DNA from: a virus
Taxonomy: Duplodnaviria > Caudoviricetes
DNA: 36,800 nt
Strand: one strand, 5' to 3'
IMG/VR virus record: IMGVR_UViG_3300032074_000019
Span: 1 to 36,800 of that record
In this document: positions 33,787 through 36,800 of the stretch, piece after piece
Position numbering within the stretch: position 1 is the stretch's first letter
How the letters are laid out: each line of letters starts with the position of its first letter
Translations under genes and position numbers: made by a program
Notes under the pieces: model-generated
What the model saw: the letters and a program-made list of their open reading frames with translations, nothing else
Database searches by the model: none
What the model was told of the DNA's origin: nothing

Positions 33787-35576
33787 TGCCCACCATCACG
33801 ATCCCCGTCACAACGTACTCGGTCCGGAACACGAAGCCGACGACCAAGTACGGCTCGCCGAGCACGATGCCGGTCAAGTCCGGCGACTACATGGCGTTCG
33901 CCCGGTTCTCCCTCGACCGGGTGCCGGGCAACGCGACCATCGACAGCGCCGTCCTCCGCGTCTACACGTCGGCCTCCCACAGCGGGACGTTCCAGTTGCA
34001 GGCCCGCTCGCTGTCCGCGGCGGTGACCTCCTCGGTGACCTGGCGGACCATGCCGGACCGGGTCGCCTACGTGGGGAACAGCCCCTCCGTCTCCTCGCCG
34101 GGGTCCGGGGTGGTCTTCGACATGCCCGTCACCGGCTGGGCGCAGAGCCGCCCGGCCACCGGCCTCGGCATCAGCACCGACTCGGCGAACACGGTCTGGA
34201 TCTACGGCTCGACCGCCGCGCACCACCAGCCCTCCCTCATCGTCACGTACCACGTGCCGCCCACCAACCCGGGCAACCTCCGGCCGAACGGCGGCGCCGT
34301 CTCCCTCGCGCAGCCGGTGCTGACGTACGCGGGCGACACGGACATGACCGAGCAGAAGGTCGAGTTCTCCACGGACGGCGGGGCCACCGTCAACCTGGCC
34401 CTGACCGCGGACTGGCACGCAGCCACGAGCGGCCGGTACGACCCGGCCGACCACCCGGGCAGCCCGGCCCTGGCGGACGGCGGCTCAATCATGTGGCGGG
34501 TCACGACGCGCGGGCCGGACGGCACGAGCGCGCCGAGCCCGTGGGCCACGTACTCCTTCAGGCCCCTCGCCACCGTCGCGATCACGGCACCGGGCGCGAC
34601 CGTGACGGACGGCTCGCCGACGATCGAGTGGACGGCCTCGGACCAGACCTCGTTCCTGGTCAACCTCCACGGCGAGGGCCGCCTGCTGGCCTCGTCCGGC
34701 TGGCGAAACGAGCCCGACACCCGGTTCTGGACCCCCTCCGGCGCGGGCGTGCGGGTGCCCGGCGGCGTCGGTGACTTCTACCTGTACGTGCGCGACAGCG
34801 TGCTGCCCCGCGTTGCAGCAGAGGCGGCCCCTGTGGAGGCCAGCGCACACGTGACCTACACCACCTATGGCGACGGCACCGCGGGCCCCGTGGACACCCT
34901 GGTAGCCACCTACGAGGAGCCCGTCCTGGTGCTGACCGGCGGCCGGGCCGCGGGCGTACCCGACGAGGTCAGCCTGTTCCGCGACGGCGTGCAGGTGCCG
35001 ATCTGGGACAGCGAGGGTAACGTCTACGGCTGGGCCCCGGGCGTCACGTTCTTCGAGGGCACGAACTTCACCATCCGGGACTACACCGCCCCGCTGCGCG
35101 GCGAGCACACCTGGGAAGTCCGGCTCCGCGTCAACGGCGTCGTGAGCACCCCGGGCCCGGCCGTCACCGACCTCTACAACGCCACGAGCGTCTGGCTGGT
35201 GAACCCTCGGACCGACGAGCGCGTCGAGGTCGTGGGGATGGACGACGTGCTCTCCGTCGAGATACAGACCGACGAGCAGTCGATCGTGCACGTGCCGCTG
35301 AACGGCGGCCTCCTCGTCGAGCCCAAGCGGCGCCGCCTGGTCCGCACCACGAAGAGCGGGTCCCTGGCGGGCATCGTCCTCAACGACGCCGAGGCGATCC
35401 TGGACGGTTGGGTCGAGGGCGACAGCGGCACGAAGTACCGGCTCGTGTTCGGCAAGGAGAACTGGAGCGTCATCATCGGCGACTACTCGCCGATGAGCCC
35501 CGTCTACCAGGCCCGCCTGACGCCGAACCGGACCGCGATCAGCCTGAACTGGTGGCAGCGGCTGGCGGACGTCTGA
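33786..35576 (+). CDS. minor tail protein (beta-rich, N-terminal DNRLRE-like domain)
   Basis: follows TMP with TGATG overlap; AFARFSLDRVPGNATIDSAVLRVY...VTW...PSLIVTY. Confidence 0.7.
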   Translation: MPTITIPVTTYSVRNTKPTTKYGSPSTMPVKSGDYMAFARFSLDRVPGNATIDSAVLRVYTSASHSGTFQLQARSLSAAVTSSVTWRTMPDRVAYVGNSPSVSSPGSGVVFDMPVTGWAQSRPATGLGISTDSANTVWIYGSTAAHHQPSLIVTYHVPPTNPGNLRPNGGAVSLAQPVLTYAGDTDMTEQKVEFSTDGGATVNLALTADWHAATSGRYDPADHPGSPALADGGSIMWRVTTRGPDGTSAPSPWATYSFRPLATVAITAPGATVTDGSPTIEWTASDQTSFLVNLHGEGRLLASSGWRNEPDTRFWTPSGAGVRVPGGVGDFYLYVRDSVLPRVAAEAAPVEASAHVTYTTYGDGTAGPVDTLVATYEEPVLVLTGGRAAGVPDEVSLFRDGVQVPIWDSEGNVYGWAPGVTFFEGTNFTIRDYTAPLRGEHTWEVRLRVNGVVSTPGPAVTDLYNATSVWLVNPRTDERVEVVGMDDVLSVEIQTDEQSIVHVPLNGGLLVEPKRRRLVRTTKSGSLAGIVLNDAEAILDGWVEGDSGTKYRLVFGKENWSVIIGDYSPMSPVYQARLTPNRTAISLNWWQRLADV

Positions 35577-36799
35577 TGCAGCACATCGAGTACGGCGCCG
35601 CCTGGCTGGCCGCCTACCACGCGCACCTGCAGCGCGACCACGACTACCGGGTCTGGGCCGACGTGCTGGACCTGAGCGAGCGCCTGGTCTCGACGGTGGA
35701 CATCCTCGACGGCCAGGTGAACGTGTCGGTGAACAACGACAGCGGCCCAGACCGCACCGGCACCGTCGTCCTGAGCGACCCGGAGGGTGCGCTCTCGTAC
35801 GGCACGGCGTACGCAGAGGACGACCACGGCGTCCTTTGGGTGAACCGTCTCGTCCGGCTCCGACACAGCACCGTGGTCCCCTCGCTGGGCCAGGTGGACA
35901 CGACCTGCCTGGTCGGCGTGCCGACCTCGGCGAACCGCTCCGGCGCGGAACTCAGCCTCGAACTCGGCGACAAGAGCCTGCTCGCCGACCACGGCGTCCG
36001 GCCGCGGTCCTTCGGCAAGGGCGCCAACGTGGGCGACGTGCTCCGCACCATCCTGGGCGACCTGACCGGCGAGCAGCACATGCGGATCCCGCCCACGAGC
36101 GCCCGGCTGAGCGTGCCGTACACGACCGGCATGGGCGACGACGTGCTGACGCCCTGGCGGCTGGCCAAGAGCATCGCGGGCCGGGAGTGCGGCTGGCGCC
36201 TATACTACTCCGCGGACGGCTACGCGACGGCCGAGCCGACGAACACGGCGCGGCCGGACGTGCAGGTGGAGGCGGTGCTCGCGCTGCCGGACGCGAGCAC
36301 GTCGTTCACGGAGTTCAAGAACTACTCGAAGGCGACCTCGCGCCGCGAGATCACGACGGCCGCGACCAAGACCCGGAAGTCGTCCTCGTACACGATCATC
36401 TACGAGGGTGTCGCCGTGCTGCCGCCGAGCGACCGGCTCTCCGAGACGGCGCTGGCCCGCAACGGCGTGCCGCGGACGCTGCCGATCGTGACGAGCGACG
36501 ACAACCTCGTCAACCAGGACCAGGTGAACGCCCGCGCCGTCTCGGAGTTGCAGGCGGCCTCCGGCGTGGACTCCGAGCCTGGGTACGAGGTCATGCCGTT
36601 CTTCCACCTCGACCAGGGCGACCACCTCAACCTGCCGCTGGGGATCGGGCGGGTGCCGTTCGACGCGGCCTCCATCCCCCTCGGCGTCGGCGGGAACATG
36701 ACCCTCGGCACCGTGAAGTGGGTCTCGGCGCCCGTCAAGGTGCGGGCCACCGGACGGCGCACCATCATCCGCCCGAAGAAGAAGGGTGGCAAGAAGTAG
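35576..36799 (+). CDS. minor tail protein (hub/Tal-like)
   Basis: TGATG overlap; ILDGQVNV...DRTGTVVL...LGDKSLL...PFFHLDQGD pattern; stop at 36797-36799. Confidence 0.7.
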   Translation: MQHIEYGAAWLAAYHAHLQRDHDYRVWADVLDLSERLVSTVDILDGQVNVSVNNDSGPDRTGTVVLSDPEGALSYGTAYAEDDHGVLWVNRLVRLRHSTVVPSLGQVDTTCLVGVPTSANRSGAELSLELGDKSLLADHGVRPRSFGKGANVGDVLRTILGDLTGEQHMRIPPTSARLSVPYTTGMGDDVLTPWRLAKSIAGRECGWRLYYSADGYATAEPTNTARPDVQVEAVLALPDASTSFTEFKNYSKATSRREITTAATKTRKSSSYTIIYEGVAVLPPSDRLSETALARNGVPRTLPIVTSDDNLVNQDQVNARAVSELQAASGVDSEPGYEVMPFFHLDQGDHLNLPLGIGRVPFDAASIPLGVGGNMTLGTVKWVSAPVKVRATGRRTIIRPKKKGGKK

Positions 36800-36800
36800 C

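Noticed and set aside
1-36800. tRNA, rRNA, integrase/att, lysis genes
   Set aside because: None recognised by eye in this window. They may lie outside it, so lifestyle (temperate or lytic) cannot be determined.

Overview
This window is a 36.8 kb, very GC-rich (about 70% by eye) segment of a tailed dsDNA phage or prophage, most likely a siphovirus of an actinomycete. From left to right it carries three leftward genes, a PD-(D/E)XK nuclease, a primase-polymerase/SF3-helicase followed by an iteron-rich candidate origin, a chain of small overlapping ORFs including a likely small terminase, the large terminase, a moron-like secreted-protein cassette, the portal, an expanded head module, hexamer- and pentamer-type capsid genes, and the tail genes through tape measure and two minor tail proteins. 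The most interesting part is the head module (14.1-25.1 kb). It encodes a MuF protein fused to a complete type IB topoisomerase, a 1429-aa protein with two ADP-ribosyltransferase domains followed by a separately promoted immunity-like gene, a basic protein ending in a 2H phosphoesterase (Acb1-like fold), and the prohead protease. All four large proteins share a ~20-aa peptide (D/E-x-x-R-(V/I)P(K/R)G-x2-4-(S/G)G-(R/Q)-(W/F/Y)), often next to candidate protease sites. This suggests a tagged system for packaging enzymes into the capsid. A repeated promoter motif with a 19-bp spacer, paired RNA-like elements and a degenerate protease paralog are also visible. All assignments come from motifs read by eye; no database searches were run.
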